From: an uncultured Candidatus Saccharibacteria bacterium
GTDB lineage: Bacteria; Patescibacteriota; Doudnabacteria; UBA920
Length of the DNA: 64,000 bases
Reading direction: 5' to 3'
NCBI GenBank assembly: GCA_964631145.1
Contig: CAZVXT010000001.1
Span: forward strand, 52,969-116,968
Position numbers and translations under genes: made by a program. Shown piece after piece: positions 39,984 to 49,837 of this stretch; the first letter of the stretch is position 1, and each line of letters begins with the position of its first letter. Below the pieces are notes generated by a model. That model ran no database searches. It was not told the DNA's origin and saw nothing but the letters and a program-made list of their open reading frames with translations.

Positions 39984-42746
39984 ATGGCTACAAAAAATGA
40001 TAAAAAACGATATTTATTAATAGATGGAAACGCTCTCGTCCATAGGGGCTTTCATGCAGTTCCTTTACTCTCCACTAAAGATGGTTTGTATACTAATGCT
40101 GTTTATGGATTTACTACAATACTTCTTAAGGCAATTAAGGATTTAAAGCCAACACATATTGCTTGTTGTTTTGATTTGGCTGGTCCAACCTTTCGCCATG
40201 AAGAATATGAAGACTATAAAGGTACTAGAACAAAAGCTGCTGACGAATTATATCAACAGTTCCCTTTGGTTAAGGAAGTGGTGTCAGCTTTAAATATTCC
40301 AATTTTTGAATTATCTGGTTTTGAAGCAGACGATTTGCTTGGCACTTTATCTGTAAAAATTTGTGAAGCCAATGATCATAATTGCGATGTTATGATTGCA
40401 ACAGGAGATCTAGATAGCTTGCAGTTGGTTAATAAATGCGTAAAGATTTATACTTTACGAAAAAGTATTGCAGATACAACTATTTATGACGAAAAAGCCA
40501 TCAAAGAAAGATATGGATTATTGCCAAAGCAAATGATAGATTATAAAGCGCTTCGAGGTGATCCCTCTGATAATATTAAAGGCGTTAAAGGAATAGGAGA
40601 AAAAACTGCAGGAGAATTGATTCAAGAATTTGGTAGTATCGAAGCTTTATACAATGCAATAAAATCCCAGTCAAAAAAAGTTGAAGAAAAAATTAAGCCA
40701 CGCGTAGTAAAATTGTTAACTGATGGCGAAGATGACGCGCGACTAAGTTATCGATTATCAAAAATAGTTTTAGATGTGCCAATCGAAATAGATATCAAGT
40801 CTTATAAATTTGTAACTACAAATTTTGATAAAACTGTTGATCTTTTTAAAAAGCTGGAGTTCAAATCTCTTTTAGATAAATTGCCAAAAAACTATGTAGA
40901 CTCTGAAGATTCTAAAAACGATATAACTAAATCAGAAGATCAGATTATGAGTCAAAATATCGGGGAGCAAAATTATCAACTTATCGATACCTCAGAAAAA
41001 TTAAATAAAATTTTACCGAACTTAAAAAAGCAAAAATACTTAGTAGTAGACACAGAAACTGATCAGTTAAATCCGATGGTTGCTAATGTTATTGGAATTT
41101 CTATTTCATATCAAAAAGGATTGGCTTATTATATTATCCAAGAACTGTTAAGTAATAAAGATTTACAAAATATATTATCTGATAGCCAAATCAAAAAAAT
41201 CGGACAAAATATTAAGTATGATTATTTAACATTGGAAAATAGAGAAATTAAATTATCTCCAGTGTGGTTTGATACCATGCTTGCTTCCTATTTGCTTAAC
41301 GCTGGGACCAGGCAACATGGTTTAGATACAATGGCTTTTAATATACTGGGGTATCAAATGCAGTCTATCGAAGAATTGATAGGAAAAGGAAGAAATCAAA
41401 TTTCTATGTCAGAAGTTCCGGTAGAAAAAGTGTCATGGTACGCAAGTGAAGACGCAGATATTACTTTCCGCTTGTATGAGATTTTATCAGATCAGTTACA
41501 ATCAGAAAAATTAGATAAAGTTTTTTTTGATATAGAAATGCCTTTAATTTTGGTTCTTGCAAAAATGGAACGTGCTGGTATTGGCGTTGATGTTAAATTA
41601 TTAAACGATTTATCTGTAAAAGCTGAAAAACAAATTGCAAAATTAGAAAGCAGTATTTATAAGCATGCAGGGCAAGAGTTTAACATTTCTTCTCCAAAAC
41701 AATTGCAGGTTATTTTGTATGAAAATTTAAATTTAACTTCTGGTAAAAAGAATAAAACTGGATTATCAACTGCAGCAGGAGAATTAGAAAGATTGCGTGA
41801 CGAGCACCCTATTGTTTCTGATATTTTGGAATATCGTGAATTAACTAAATTAAAATCTACTTATTTAGATGCGCTTCCTTCTATGGTTAATAGTTCGACT
41901 GGAAGAATTCATACAAACTATAATCAGACAATTGCTGCTACAGGAAGATTGTCTAGTACGGATCCAAATTTGCAAAATATTCCAATTCGTGGACAAGGTT
42001 TGGGCAGTGAGGTAAGAAAAGCTTTTGTTGCTAAGTCAGGGTATAAATTAGTATCTTTGGATTATTCTCAAATAGAACTTCGTATCGCTGCTCATTTGTC
42101 TGGTGATAAGACTATGGCAGAAACTTTTAAAAAGAATGAAGATATTCATACCGCTACCGCATCTATGGTATTTGGAGTAAAGCCAGAACTGGTAACTGCT
42201 GATATGCGTCGCGATGCAAAGATGGTTAACTTTGGAGTATTATATGGGTTGTCTAGTTTTGGTTTGTCTGATCGGTTAGTAAGCATGTCGCAAGGATCAG
42301 CACAAGACTTTATCAATAAATATTTTGGTGCGTTTCCTGATGTGCAAACTTATTTAGAAAAAGTAAAATTAGAGGTTAGAGAAAATGCTGCAGTTACAAA
42401 TATGTTAGGAAGAATTAGAAAGTTTCCAGAAATAAAATCCAGTCAATATTTTATTCTTCAGGCAGCAGAGCGTGCAGCAATTAATTTTCCAATCCAAAGT
42501 TTAAGTGCTGATATTATAAAACTAGCAATGCTAGAAATCTATAAAGAATTAGATGGACAAGAAGAAATTCAGATGTTGTTGCAAGTGCACGACGAACTAG
42601 TTTTTGAAATTAAATCCGATAAGGTTGATAAATGGATAAAAAAAATAAAGCCTATTATGGAAAACTCCCTAAAGCTTTCTGTTCCAATAGTTGTAGAGGC
42701 AAAGGTTGGCGATAATTGGGGCGATATGGAAAAGGTTAGTTTTTAA
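39984..42746 (+). CDS. polA: DNA polymerase I (5'-3' exonuclease + 3'-5' exonuclease-like + polymerase domains)
   Basis: 920 aa; 5' nuclease N-terminus; motif A DYSQIELR; motif C QVHDELVFE. Confidence 0.95.
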   Translation: MATKNDKKRYLLIDGNALVHRGFHAVPLLSTKDGLYTNAVYGFTTILLKAIKDLKPTHIACCFDLAGPTFRHEEYEDYKGTRTKAADELYQQFPLVKEVVSALNIPIFELSGFEADDLLGTLSVKICEANDHNCDVMIATGDLDSLQLVNKCVKIYTLRKSIADTTIYDEKAIKERYGLLPKQMIDYKALRGDPSDNIKGVKGIGEKTAGELIQEFGSIEALYNAIKSQSKKVEEKIKPRVVKLLTDGEDDARLSYRLSKIVLDVPIEIDIKSYKFVTTNFDKTVDLFKKLEFKSLLDKLPKNYVDSEDSKNDITKSEDQIMSQNIGEQNYQLIDTSEKLNKILPNLKKQKYLVVDTETDQLNPMVANVIGISISYQKGLAYYIIQELLSNKDLQNILSDSQIKKIGQNIKYDYLTLENREIKLSPVWFDTMLASYLLNAGTRQHGLDTMAFNILGYQMQSIEELIGKGRNQISMSEVPVEKVSWYASEDADITFRLYEILSDQLQSEKLDKVFFDIEMPLILVLAKMERAGIGVDVKLLNDLSVKAEKQIAKLESSIYKHAGQEFNISSPKQLQVILYENLNLTSGKKNKTGLSTAAGELERLRDEHPIVSDILEYRELTKLKSTYLDALPSMVNSSTGRIHTNYNQTIAATGRLSSTDPNLQNIPIRGQGLGSEVRKAFVAKSGYKLVSLDYSQIELRIAAHLSGDKTMAETFKKNEDIHTATASMVFGVKPELVTADMRRDAKMVNFGVLYGLSSFGLSDRLVSMSQGSAQDFINKYFGAFPDVQTYLEKVKLEVRENAAVTNMLGRIRKFPEIKSSQYFILQAAERAAINFPIQSLSADIIKLAMLEIYKELDGQEEIQMLLQVHDELVFEIKSDKVDKWIKKIKPIMENSLKLSVPIVVEAKVGDNWGDMEKVSF

Positions 42747-42749
42747 ATT

Positions 42750-42782
42750 TTGTAAAACCGCTCTAATTTAGGAGTGGTTTTA
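42750..42782 (+). terminator. Rho-independent terminator after polA
   Basis: AAACCGCTCTAATTTAGGAGTGGTTTTATG forms a 9-bp stem with one G·U pair. Confidence 0.55.
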
Positions 42783-42904
42783 TGTAGATTTTATAATTAT
42801 TTTATGTGGTTGTGATATTATAAACGAGAAGAAATAATCAAAGCAAAAATTGAAACTCAAAGTAATGTGCAAAAATTACATAGAAAAAAATTAAAATTTA
42901 GGAT

Positions 42905-43894
42905 ATGGATACAGGAGAAATAATAATTTATAAAGATAATAGTGGTCCTCAAATTGAGGTAAATTTTGTTGATGATACTATATGGCTCACCCAGTCGCAG
43001 ATGGCTGATCTGTTTGGTAAAGACATTAGAACTATCTCTGAACATATCAAAAATATCTTTAAAACCGGGGAATTAGCAAAAGATTCAGTTATCCGGAATT
43101 TCCGGATAACTGCAAAAGATGGTAAAAACTATAATACGGCACATTACAATTTAGATATGATAATTTCTGTAGGATATAGAGTTAATTCTAAGCGCGGTAC
43201 TCAGTTTCGTATTTGGGCTACTTCAAAAATTCGAGATTTTTTACTAAAAGGTTATGTAGTAAATAAAAACGTTTTGCAATCTGGTGCTCTTGCAAAAGTT
43301 AAAGAGTTAGAGGGGGCGGTTAGGTTGATTCAATTAGCAATACAAAATAAAAAATTAGAAGGATATGAAAAGGAGGTTTTAGATATTATTACAGATTATG
43401 CTGCAACTTGGACTTTACTATATCAGTACGATGAACAAAAGCTACAACCAGAGCATGTGGTAAAGAAGGTAACTAGAAAATTAGATTATGAACAAGTTAC
43501 AAAATCTATTGATAAATTTCGAGACCGATTACTAAAAGATAAACAGGCTAGCAAGTTATTTGGAAAAGAACAAGATGGTAAGCTCCAGGCATTGTTAGGA
43601 AATATAGAGCAAACTTATGACGGCAAGTCTGTGTATGAAGGTTTTGAACAAAAGGCTGCTCATTTATTATACTTTGCAATTAAGGATCATCCTTTTGCAG
43701 ACGGTAATAAACGAATTGGTTCTTTATTATTTATTTTATACTTAGTAGAAAATGATCGCATTTATAACAAGCGAGGCGATAGAATAATTAATGACAATGC
43801 ATTAACAGCAATTGCATTATTAATTGCAGAAAGTAGTCCCAGTGAAAAAAGCACAATGGTTAATTTAGTGGCAAGTTTGATTGCAAAAAAATAA
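42905..43894 (+). CDS. RhuM-family N-terminal domain fused to a Doc/Fic (death-on-curing type) C-terminal domain
   Basis: C-terminal HPFADGNKRIGS matches the Doc variant of the Fic motif HxFx(D)GNKR; the N-terminal ~200 aa resemble virulence-protein RhuM-family proteins. Confidence 0.7.
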   Translation: MDTGEIIIYKDNSGPQIEVNFVDDTIWLTQSQMADLFGKDIRTISEHIKNIFKTGELAKDSVIRNFRITAKDGKNYNTAHYNLDMIISVGYRVNSKRGTQFRIWATSKIRDFLLKGYVVNKNVLQSGALAKVKELEGAVRLIQLAIQNKKLEGYEKEVLDIITDYAATWTLLYQYDEQKLQPEHVVKKVTRKLDYEQVTKSIDKFRDRLLKDKQASKLFGKEQDGKLQALLGNIEQTYDGKSVYEGFEQKAAHLLYFAIKDHPFADGNKRIGSLLFILYLVENDRIYNKRGDRIINDNALTAIALLIAESSPSEKSTMVNLVASLIAKK

Positions 43895-43990
43895 TTTTAA
43901 AAAAGCCTTGGTACAGCCGAGGTTTTTGTTTTATTGACTCAATGCTATTTTTAGCGTAATATTTATTTTTTATATAAGTTAGGAGGAAAT

Positions 43991-44527
43991 ATGCTAGAGC
44001 AAATTCAAGACAATAAAGATCTGCTTTTGGTTGATTACAACATCAAGCCATTTGTCCCAGAAGGATGGTATTTTTATAAACCTGTCACCAAACTCGGTGT
44101 TTATGTTTATAGAATGCAAGATTTTATCATTATTCCGGCAATGAATTTTAAAATCAATAATGAAGATAAAATTAATTACCGGAAATTTCGTGAACGGTTT
44201 GAAGAGTCGCAATTAATATCGCCTGATGTGAGAGTTATGGAAGAAATGATTAAGCAAAAATCTAATTTATTGCCTCTGTCTTGGTTTAAATTAGATATGC
44301 ACTATCATTTTTTAGAAACTTTATATGGCGTTCCTCATGGTGAAAGAATGCGAAGGTATATGTGTTGGGGGTATGCTAGGTGGGCTGTAGAATATCGTTA
44401 TCATCCAAGACAAATTCTAAAATGGCGTTCCGATTATTCGTTTGGCGAAAGCCCCTTCGGTGAAAATGACTTTATTGTAATTTTAAAACAAGATGCTGTT
44501 ATTGAATATATAGATAAGTTAGATTAA
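43991..44527 (+). CDS. Hypothetical protein downstream of the RhuM–Doc gene (own promoter, perfect SD)
   Basis: 178 aa; TTAGGAGGAAATATG; Trp/Tyr/Arg-rich C-terminal half; no recognisable domain. Confidence 0.5.
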   Translation: MLEQIQDNKDLLLVDYNIKPFVPEGWYFYKPVTKLGVYVYRMQDFIIIPAMNFKINNEDKINYRKFRERFEESQLISPDVRVMEEMIKQKSNLLPLSWFKLDMHYHFLETLYGVPHGERMRRYMCWGYARWAVEYRYHPRQILKWRSDYSFGESPFGENDFIVILKQDAVIEYIDKLD

Positions 44528-44564
44528 ACTAAATATCATAGATATTTTAAATTAAATATTTTTA

Positions 44565-44592
44565 ACAAAAACACCCAATTAAGGGTGTTTAA
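44565..44592. terminator. Bidirectional terminator shared with rpsT
   Basis: AAAAACACCCAATTAAGGGTGTTTAATTTTG. Confidence 0.65.
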
Positions 44593-44599
44593 TTTTGTT

Positions 44600-44869
44600 C
44601 TATTTAGCAGAAAGTTTGTTTAAAGCTTTTGCAAGTCTAGATTTTTTGCGAGAAGCAGTATTTTTGTGAATTACATTCTTCTTTGCAGCTTTATCTAAAG
44701 CAGACATTGCTTTCTTTAAATCTTCCGCAGCAGTTTTGCTGTCTCCAGTTGTTATGCTTTTGCGTGCTACTTTTACCGCATCTTTAGTTTTGAACTTGGT
44801 GCGAGTATTAATAGTGTTGCGGCGTCTAGATTGACGCATTGCCTTTTGGGCAGACTTGGTATTTGGCAT
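44600..44869 (-). CDS. rpsT: 30S ribosomal protein S20
   Basis: MPNTKSAQKAMRQSRRRNTINTRTKF... is the canonical S20 N-terminus. Confidence 0.9.
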   Translation of the reverse strand: MPNTKSAQKAMRQSRRRNTINTRTKFKTKDAVKVARKSITTGDSKTAAEDLKKAMSALDKAAKKNVIHKNTASRKKSRLAKALNKLSAK

Positions 44870-45071
44870 TGAAGGTTATTATTTGATTTAAGTTTGTAAT
44901 TAAGCAATTGATTCCTTATCTGTTTTTAGACACGGCAGAAAGGAAAAATCTTTAGTTATTATACCGACAAACAATAGAAAAATCAAGTCACTGTCTTTTT
45001 AATATATAGTTGACTCAAGAGCATTTTTTAGTTAAAATGATTAGAAAATTTAAATAGGAGGAAATTTTATA

Positions 45072-45827
45072 ATGAATAGTAATAAAAGCGAAGCTTTGCA
45101 AGTTGATAATGTTCAGAATAACCTAAAAGCAAAAATTGCAATTCAGGCGTGCGAACAATTGGGTTTTACTGGGTATCTTAGGTATTTTCAAGAAAATAAA
45201 CAAGCTTTGACAAAAGATTTAAACGAAGTAAGTTTAAGTTCGGTTTTAGGTAACGTAGGAATAAATTTTTATCCTGAACAAGCCTTTAATAGAATTATTG
45301 ATGAATATTTTTGGGCTAATTTTAGTAAAGGTAAATTTAATTTATGGTTGCATAACTTAGAAATTAATCACTGGGTAAAATTGTATTTTTCTATATTTTT
45401 ATTATTTTACTCTATATCGTATTATACTCTTCATTCTTATGTATGGGGTAATAATACACCCGCTTGTATTTTGATGTCGTTAATTATTTCATTTTTTGCT
45501 TTTGCCGCAATTAAGGATTTGGTTTTAAATCCAAGAGAAGAAAAAGTAGAAAAGCTAAAAATTAAAAAATCAGATTTAAGTAAAACTAGCCTAGATGTAA
45601 ACCCAGAATTTATTACCATGGCGTTGCAAATTAAATCGTTTGACTCAACTGCGAAATTTAATATTTGCTATTATTATAAAGATTGGGGTATTGATTCAAA
45701 TAAACCTCAATGGCTAGAAGTAACTAATGCTTCTGGAGAAAAGTGTTATATTCCTGAACACGAAGGTGATTGGCAAAATTATTGTGACCTACCTTCATCT
45801 AGTGAACAAGTATTAAATTATTTATAG
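45072..45827 (+). CDS. Novel membrane protein, paralog A of a tandem pair
   Basis: 251 aa; N-terminal soluble domain with ACEQLGFTGYLRYFQENKQ; central TM helices; C-terminal domain MALQIKSFDSTAKFNICYYY; own promoter TTGACT-17-TAAAAT, AGGAGGAA SD and terminator. Confidence 0.55.
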   Translation: MNSNKSEALQVDNVQNNLKAKIAIQACEQLGFTGYLRYFQENKQALTKDLNEVSLSSVLGNVGINFYPEQAFNRIIDEYFWANFSKGKFNLWLHNLEINHWVKLYFSIFLLFYSISYYTLHSYVWGNNTPACILMSLIISFFAFAAIKDLVLNPREEKVEKLKIKKSDLSKTSLDVNPEFITMALQIKSFDSTAKFNICYYYKDWGIDSNKPQWLEVTNASGEKCYIPEHEGDWQNYCDLPSSSEQVLNYL

Positions 45828-45917
45828 TCGACAAGTTCGACTATTTTTTTATTTTCATAGTCTTTACATGACTATTTATAAATGTTAATATTTATAGAAT
45901 TTAAAAAGGAGGAATAT

Positions 45918-46607
45918 ATGAAAACAGATTTAGATTTATTAGATTATAAAAAAACTTTAGCAAAAGAAGCTGCTAATAAGCTTGGATTTAGAGGGTATTT
46001 GCCTCAAGGTAACCAACAAGTTGTTAAGCAAAATTACCCTGAAATTCCATTAATGCCATTACTAACTCAATATGGATTTCCGGTTTATGACCAATGTTTT
46101 TTTAATAATAGAGCCAACCAAATTTTTGAAGAAAATTTAGAACAGGCGGGGTTATTAAAAAAGTATAATTTTAGAAATAAGGTCCAAATAACTTTTAACA
46201 AATGGTTTGTCTTATATCCTTTTTTAATAATAGTTTGTGGACTAGAGTTGTTTTTTGCTTATTTAGTTATAACAACTAACTACGAATCATTGGGAGCGGT
46301 ATGTATGTTATCAGGTATAGTGTTTTTGTTTGTATTGATGATAGTGTTAATGAGATTTGCATTGTTTTTATCCGGAAAAAACTTTCAACACCGTTTTCAT
46401 TCGATGGATCTTAAAAGTTTGAAAAACGACTGGGTTCATCCTATTGTGATTGAAATGGCATTGAAGATTTTTGACCAAGACAATTCTGCTAAATTTGAAG
46501 TTGGATATTTTCTTGACGAAGCACAAAAGCCTGCGAGTCAAAATCAATTTTTGGTAGTTCAGAATTATTATTCCGGTGATCAGAAATATTATATGAAGAT
46601 CACTTAA
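45918..46607 (+). CDS. Novel membrane protein, paralog B of the tandem pair
   Basis: Homologous motifs AANKLGFRGYLPQGNQQ and MALKIFDQDNSAKFEVGYFL; start set at the ATG at 45918 after AAGGAGGAATAT; own terminator at 46609-46641. Confidence 0.55.
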   Translation: MKTDLDLLDYKKTLAKEAANKLGFRGYLPQGNQQVVKQNYPEIPLMPLLTQYGFPVYDQCFFNNRANQIFEENLEQAGLLKKYNFRNKVQITFNKWFVLYPFLIIVCGLELFFAYLVITTNYESLGAVCMLSGIVFLFVLMIVLMRFALFLSGKNFQHRFHSMDLKSLKNDWVHPIVIEMALKIFDQDNSAKFEVGYFLDEAQKPASQNQFLVVQNYYSGDQKYYMKIT

Positions 46608-46656
46608 CAAAAAAGCACTGCATTAATTAGCAGTGCTATTTTATTTACAAAAATTA

Positions 46657-48723
46657 TTACCCCTTCTTTTTTAATTTTTGAATTTTTTTAACTTCGCCAA
46701 TCCTGTCACGTAAGGTAGCGGCGAGTTCAAATTCCAAATTTTGAGCAGCGAGTTCCATTTGGGCTTCTAGTTCATCAATATAAAGTTTTGATTCTTTGCT
46801 GTCCAGCTTGGTGATATCAATAGCTGTATCTGTATTTCCATCAGGCAGGCTTTCTTTACTTCCTGCAAGTCTGCTTTCTGCAATCTTTTTTTGAATGCTC
46901 ACAGGTGTGATACCGTTTGCATTATTATACTCTTCTTGAATTTTTCTGCGTCTTGTTGTTTCATCTATTGCTGCTTTCATGGATTTGGTAATTCGATCGG
47001 CATACATTATTACATGTCCATTCAAATGCCTAGCTGCTCGACCCATAATTTGCATAAACGATGTTTCGCTTCTCAAAAAGCCTTCTTTATCTGCATCCAA
47101 AATTGCTACTAAAGAAACTTCTGGTAAGTCCAGTCCTTCACGTAGAAGATTGATCCCAATTAAACAGTCATAAATTCCTAAACGTAGGTCTCTTAAAATT
47201 TCTAACCTTTCAAATGTATCAACCTCGCTATGAAGATATTGTGCTTTTATACCAGCTTCATTGATATAGGTTGATAATTCTTCTGCCATGCGTTTGGATA
47301 ATGTGGTAACCAAAACACGTTCGTGGTTTTTAATCCGCTCTTTAATTTGCTCTAGGAGGTGATCAACTTGGTTTTTGATTGGACGAATTTCTATGGTTGG
47401 ATCTAGTAACCCTGTCGGACGGTTTATTTGTTGTGCAATAACTGTTTTGGCTAGCTTGTCTGCATCTTTAAAATCATTTTTAGATTGCTTTTTTTTGCCT
47501 ATAATCAAATTTTCTTCAATACACTTTCTTGCTTCATATGGACCTGGTGTTGCAGAGACATACACAGCTTGATTTATCTTGCCTTCAAATTCAGTAAATT
47601 TAAGTGGGCGATTATCCATGGCGCTTGGTAATCGGAATCCGTATTCTACTAATGTTGATTTGCGACTTTTATCGCCTTCGTACATAGCACCGATTTGAGG
47701 AATGGTTTGGTGGGATTCATCGATAAATAGTAAAAAGTCATCAGGGAAATAATCGAGAAGGGTGGATGGAGGGTCTCCAGGTGCTCTTCCGTCAAGGTGT
47801 CTTGAGTAGTTTTCTATACCTGCGACAAAGCCTGTATTATTTAAAATTTCTAAATCGTAATTTGTACGTTGTTCTAATCTTGCAGCTTCTAAAATTTTTC
47901 CATCTTTGCGAAGTTGATTTAGTCTTAGCCTTAATTCTGTGCGTATTGCTTCCATCGCGGATTTCACTTTTTCTTCTGGGGTTACGAAATGTTTGGCTGG
48001 AAAGATTTTAATAGCTTTAAGTTTTTCTAGCAATTCTCCAGAGACCATATGTAATCTTTCAATTTCTTCTAACTCGTCACCAAAAAACTTTAATCTTATA
48101 ATTGTGTCTTCAGAAGCAAGGACGATTTCTAATGTATCTCCTTGTGCTCTAAAAGTTCCGCGCTTTAGATCGTAATCATTGCGGGCATATTGCAAATCAG
48201 TTAAGCGTCTAAGTAGTTTATCTCTTTTGTATGTTTGTCCTGCGGTTAATTCCATGGATAGCTCTAAGTAGTTATCTGGATTGCCTAGTCCGTAGATGCA
48301 AGAGACTGATGCAACAATTAACACATCGCTTCGACTCATTAAAGAGGTTGTCGCTGCGTTGCGAAGCCTATCAATCTCTTCATTAATTTGTGTTTCTTTT
48401 TCTATAAAAGTATCACTACGGGGAATGTATGCTTCCGGTTGATAATAATCATAGTAGGAGACAAAATAATGTACTGCGTTGTCAGGGAAAAATTCTTGAA
48501 ACTCACTAGCTAGCTGCGCTGCTAAAGTTTTGTTGTGACACATTATCAAAGTTGGTTTTTGGATTTTCTCTACAACGCTGGCCATGGTAAAAGTTTTACC
48601 GCTACCTGTAACTCCAAGTAGGGTTTGATGTTTGTATCCAGACTCCAGAGAGTTAACCAAAGTGCTGATTGCTTTTGGTTGGTCTCCTGCTGGGGCAAAT
48701 TTGCTTTTCATCTTAAACTTCAT
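46657..48723 (-). CDS. uvrB: Excinuclease ABC subunit B
   Basis: Walker [13 protein letters not shown], helicase motifs, C-terminal UvrB/UvrC interaction helix. Confidence 0.95.
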   Translation of the reverse strand: MKFKMKSKFAPAGDQPKAISTLVNSLESGYKHQTLLGVTGSGKTFTMASVVEKIQKPTLIMCHNKTLAAQLASEFQEFFPDNAVHYFVSYYDYYQPEAYIPRSDTFIEKETQINEEIDRLRNAATTSLMSRSDVLIVASVSCIYGLGNPDNYLELSMELTAGQTYKRDKLLRRLTDLQYARNDYDLKRGTFRAQGDTLEIVLASEDTIIRLKFFGDELEEIERLHMVSGELLEKLKAIKIFPAKHFVTPEEKVKSAMEAIRTELRLRLNQLRKDGKILEAARLEQRTNYDLEILNNTGFVAGIENYSRHLDGRAPGDPPSTLLDYFPDDFLLFIDESHQTIPQIGAMYEGDKSRKSTLVEYGFRLPSAMDNRPLKFTEFEGKINQAVYVSATPGPYEARKCIEENLIIGKKKQSKNDFKDADKLAKTVIAQQINRPTGLLDPTIEIRPIKNQVDHLLEQIKERIKNHERVLVTTLSKRMAEELSTYINEAGIKAQYLHSEVDTFERLEILRDLRLGIYDCLIGINLLREGLDLPEVSLVAILDADKEGFLRSETSFMQIMGRAARHLNGHVIMYADRITKSMKAAIDETTRRRKIQEEYNNANGITPVSIQKKIAESRLAGSKESLPDGNTDTAIDITKLDSKESKLYIDELEAQMELAAQNLEFELAATLRDRIGEVKKIQKLKKKG

Positions 48724-48756
48724 AGTTCTTGTATTATAGCGAAGTTTCTTACCAAA

Positions 48757-48782
48757 ATAAAAACTGACCTATTTGGTCAGTT
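48757..48782 (-). terminator. Terminator of the small-protein operon
   Basis: AACTGACCTATTTGGTCAGTT hairpin (8-bp stem). Confidence 0.55.
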
Positions 48783-49070
48783 GGTAATTAGAACAATAAT
48801 GCCTAAGTGTTTGCGAGCTATTTGCTCGGCTAATAATATAAGATTATGGTCTGGTGGACAGCCGATAATAATTAAATTTGGGCTTCCTGTATTCTTTACT
48901 GATTCTTCTGGTAAATAAAATTCTGGGATTTTAAAATCAAGTTTTGGTTCTTGATGTTTATTAGCGTCAGAATTTTTATGAGGAAGCCATTTATCGTTTT
49001 TGCCAAATCTCATATTTGTTCTAGATTTGTTAAAATGTTTTGTATTTTTAAAGTTTTGCCTTCTATACAT
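48777..49070 (-). CDS. Hypothetical small basic protein (third gene of a 3-gene accessory operon)
   Basis: 97 aa; N-terminus MYRRQNFKNTKHF shares the RRQNF motif and a 15-nt DNA repeat with the upstream micro-ORF; start overlaps the upstream stop (TAAAATG); GAGGAGG SD. Confidence 0.45.
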   Translation of the reverse strand: MYRRQNFKNTKHFNKSRTNMRFGKNDKWLPHKNSDANKHQEPKLDFKIPEFYLPEESVKNTGSPNLIIIGCPPDHNLILLAEQIARKHLGIIVLITN

Positions 49071-49072
49071 TT

Positions 49073-49215
49073 TACCTCCTCTTTTTATGATGAGATTGGC
49101 GACTTTGCCATATTTGTTTTAAAGATCTAATCGAGTGAGTAATTTTTACAACAGTTAAATAATTAAAAAAGTTTTGCCTTCTACGACGAAAACTTGCAAA
49201 GAAGTGGCTATTCAT
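49073..49215 (-). CDS. Unannotated 47-aa very basic micro-protein
   Basis: Hand translation: MNSHFFASFRRRRQNFFNYLTVVKITHSIRSLKQIWQSRQSHHKKRR; TTGGAGGAAATTATG SD; its last codons encode the next gene's SD. Confidence 0.4.
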
Positions 49216-49281
49216 AATTTCCTCCAAATTAAAAATGAAAAACTTTAATTTTATTGTAACGTAAATGATGCTCCGGTCAAG

Positions 49282-49758
49282 TTAATCTTTAATTATTGAA
49301 ACAGCTTTGGTCTTTCTAACTTGGCTTGGTGCGGTTGCCCATAAAATTACTCCAACGATTTGCAGCACTAATGCTGTAATTAACCATATTTGATAAAAAG
49401 CATTAGGATTCCATAATTTTCCGTATGAAATAAATAACGATATTGCTACTGGTATTACCGCAAAAATATCACAGATGGTTAAATACAATTTGTCATATTT
49501 TAGTTTTGTTCTAAAAATTTCCCAAGGGTCAGATTTTTGTTCAAGAAATTTTCCTAAACGATGAACCATTGTATCTAGTCTGATAATAGAGCCAACAAAA
49601 GCTAATCCAAAAACAATATTCCAACCCGAGAAATAATTATTGTTAAAGATCTCAGCGGTAATGCATAAACCCACACATATTAATCCCAAGACGAAAGCCA
49701 AAATTTTGTGAAATAAGTCATTCACAATAATTTCTAATCTATAACTATTATTTTCCAT
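49282..49758 (-). CDS. Hypothetical 4-TM membrane protein (first gene of the small-protein operon)
   Basis: 158 aa; TAGGAGGATTTATG. Confidence 0.5.
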   Translation of the reverse strand: MENNSYRLEIIVNDLFHKILAFVLGLICVGLCITAEIFNNNYFSGWNIVFGLAFVGSIIRLDTMVHRLGKFLEQKSDPWEIFRTKLKYDKLYLTICDIFAVIPVAISLFISYGKLWNPNAFYQIWLITALVLQIVGVILWATAPSQVRKTKAVSIIKD

Positions 49759-49837
49759 AAATCCTCCTACCTAAATTTTCTGATCATTATAATTAAATTG
49801 TGTTTACTAGTCAAGGTGTCCTTGATATAATTTTTGT

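Noticed and set aside
42857-43045. ORF 42857-43045 (-) overlapping the start of the RhuM-Doc gene
   Set aside because: It overlaps the 5' end of the + strand gene antisense, is low-complexity (Phe/Asn-rich) and has no RBS; spurious.
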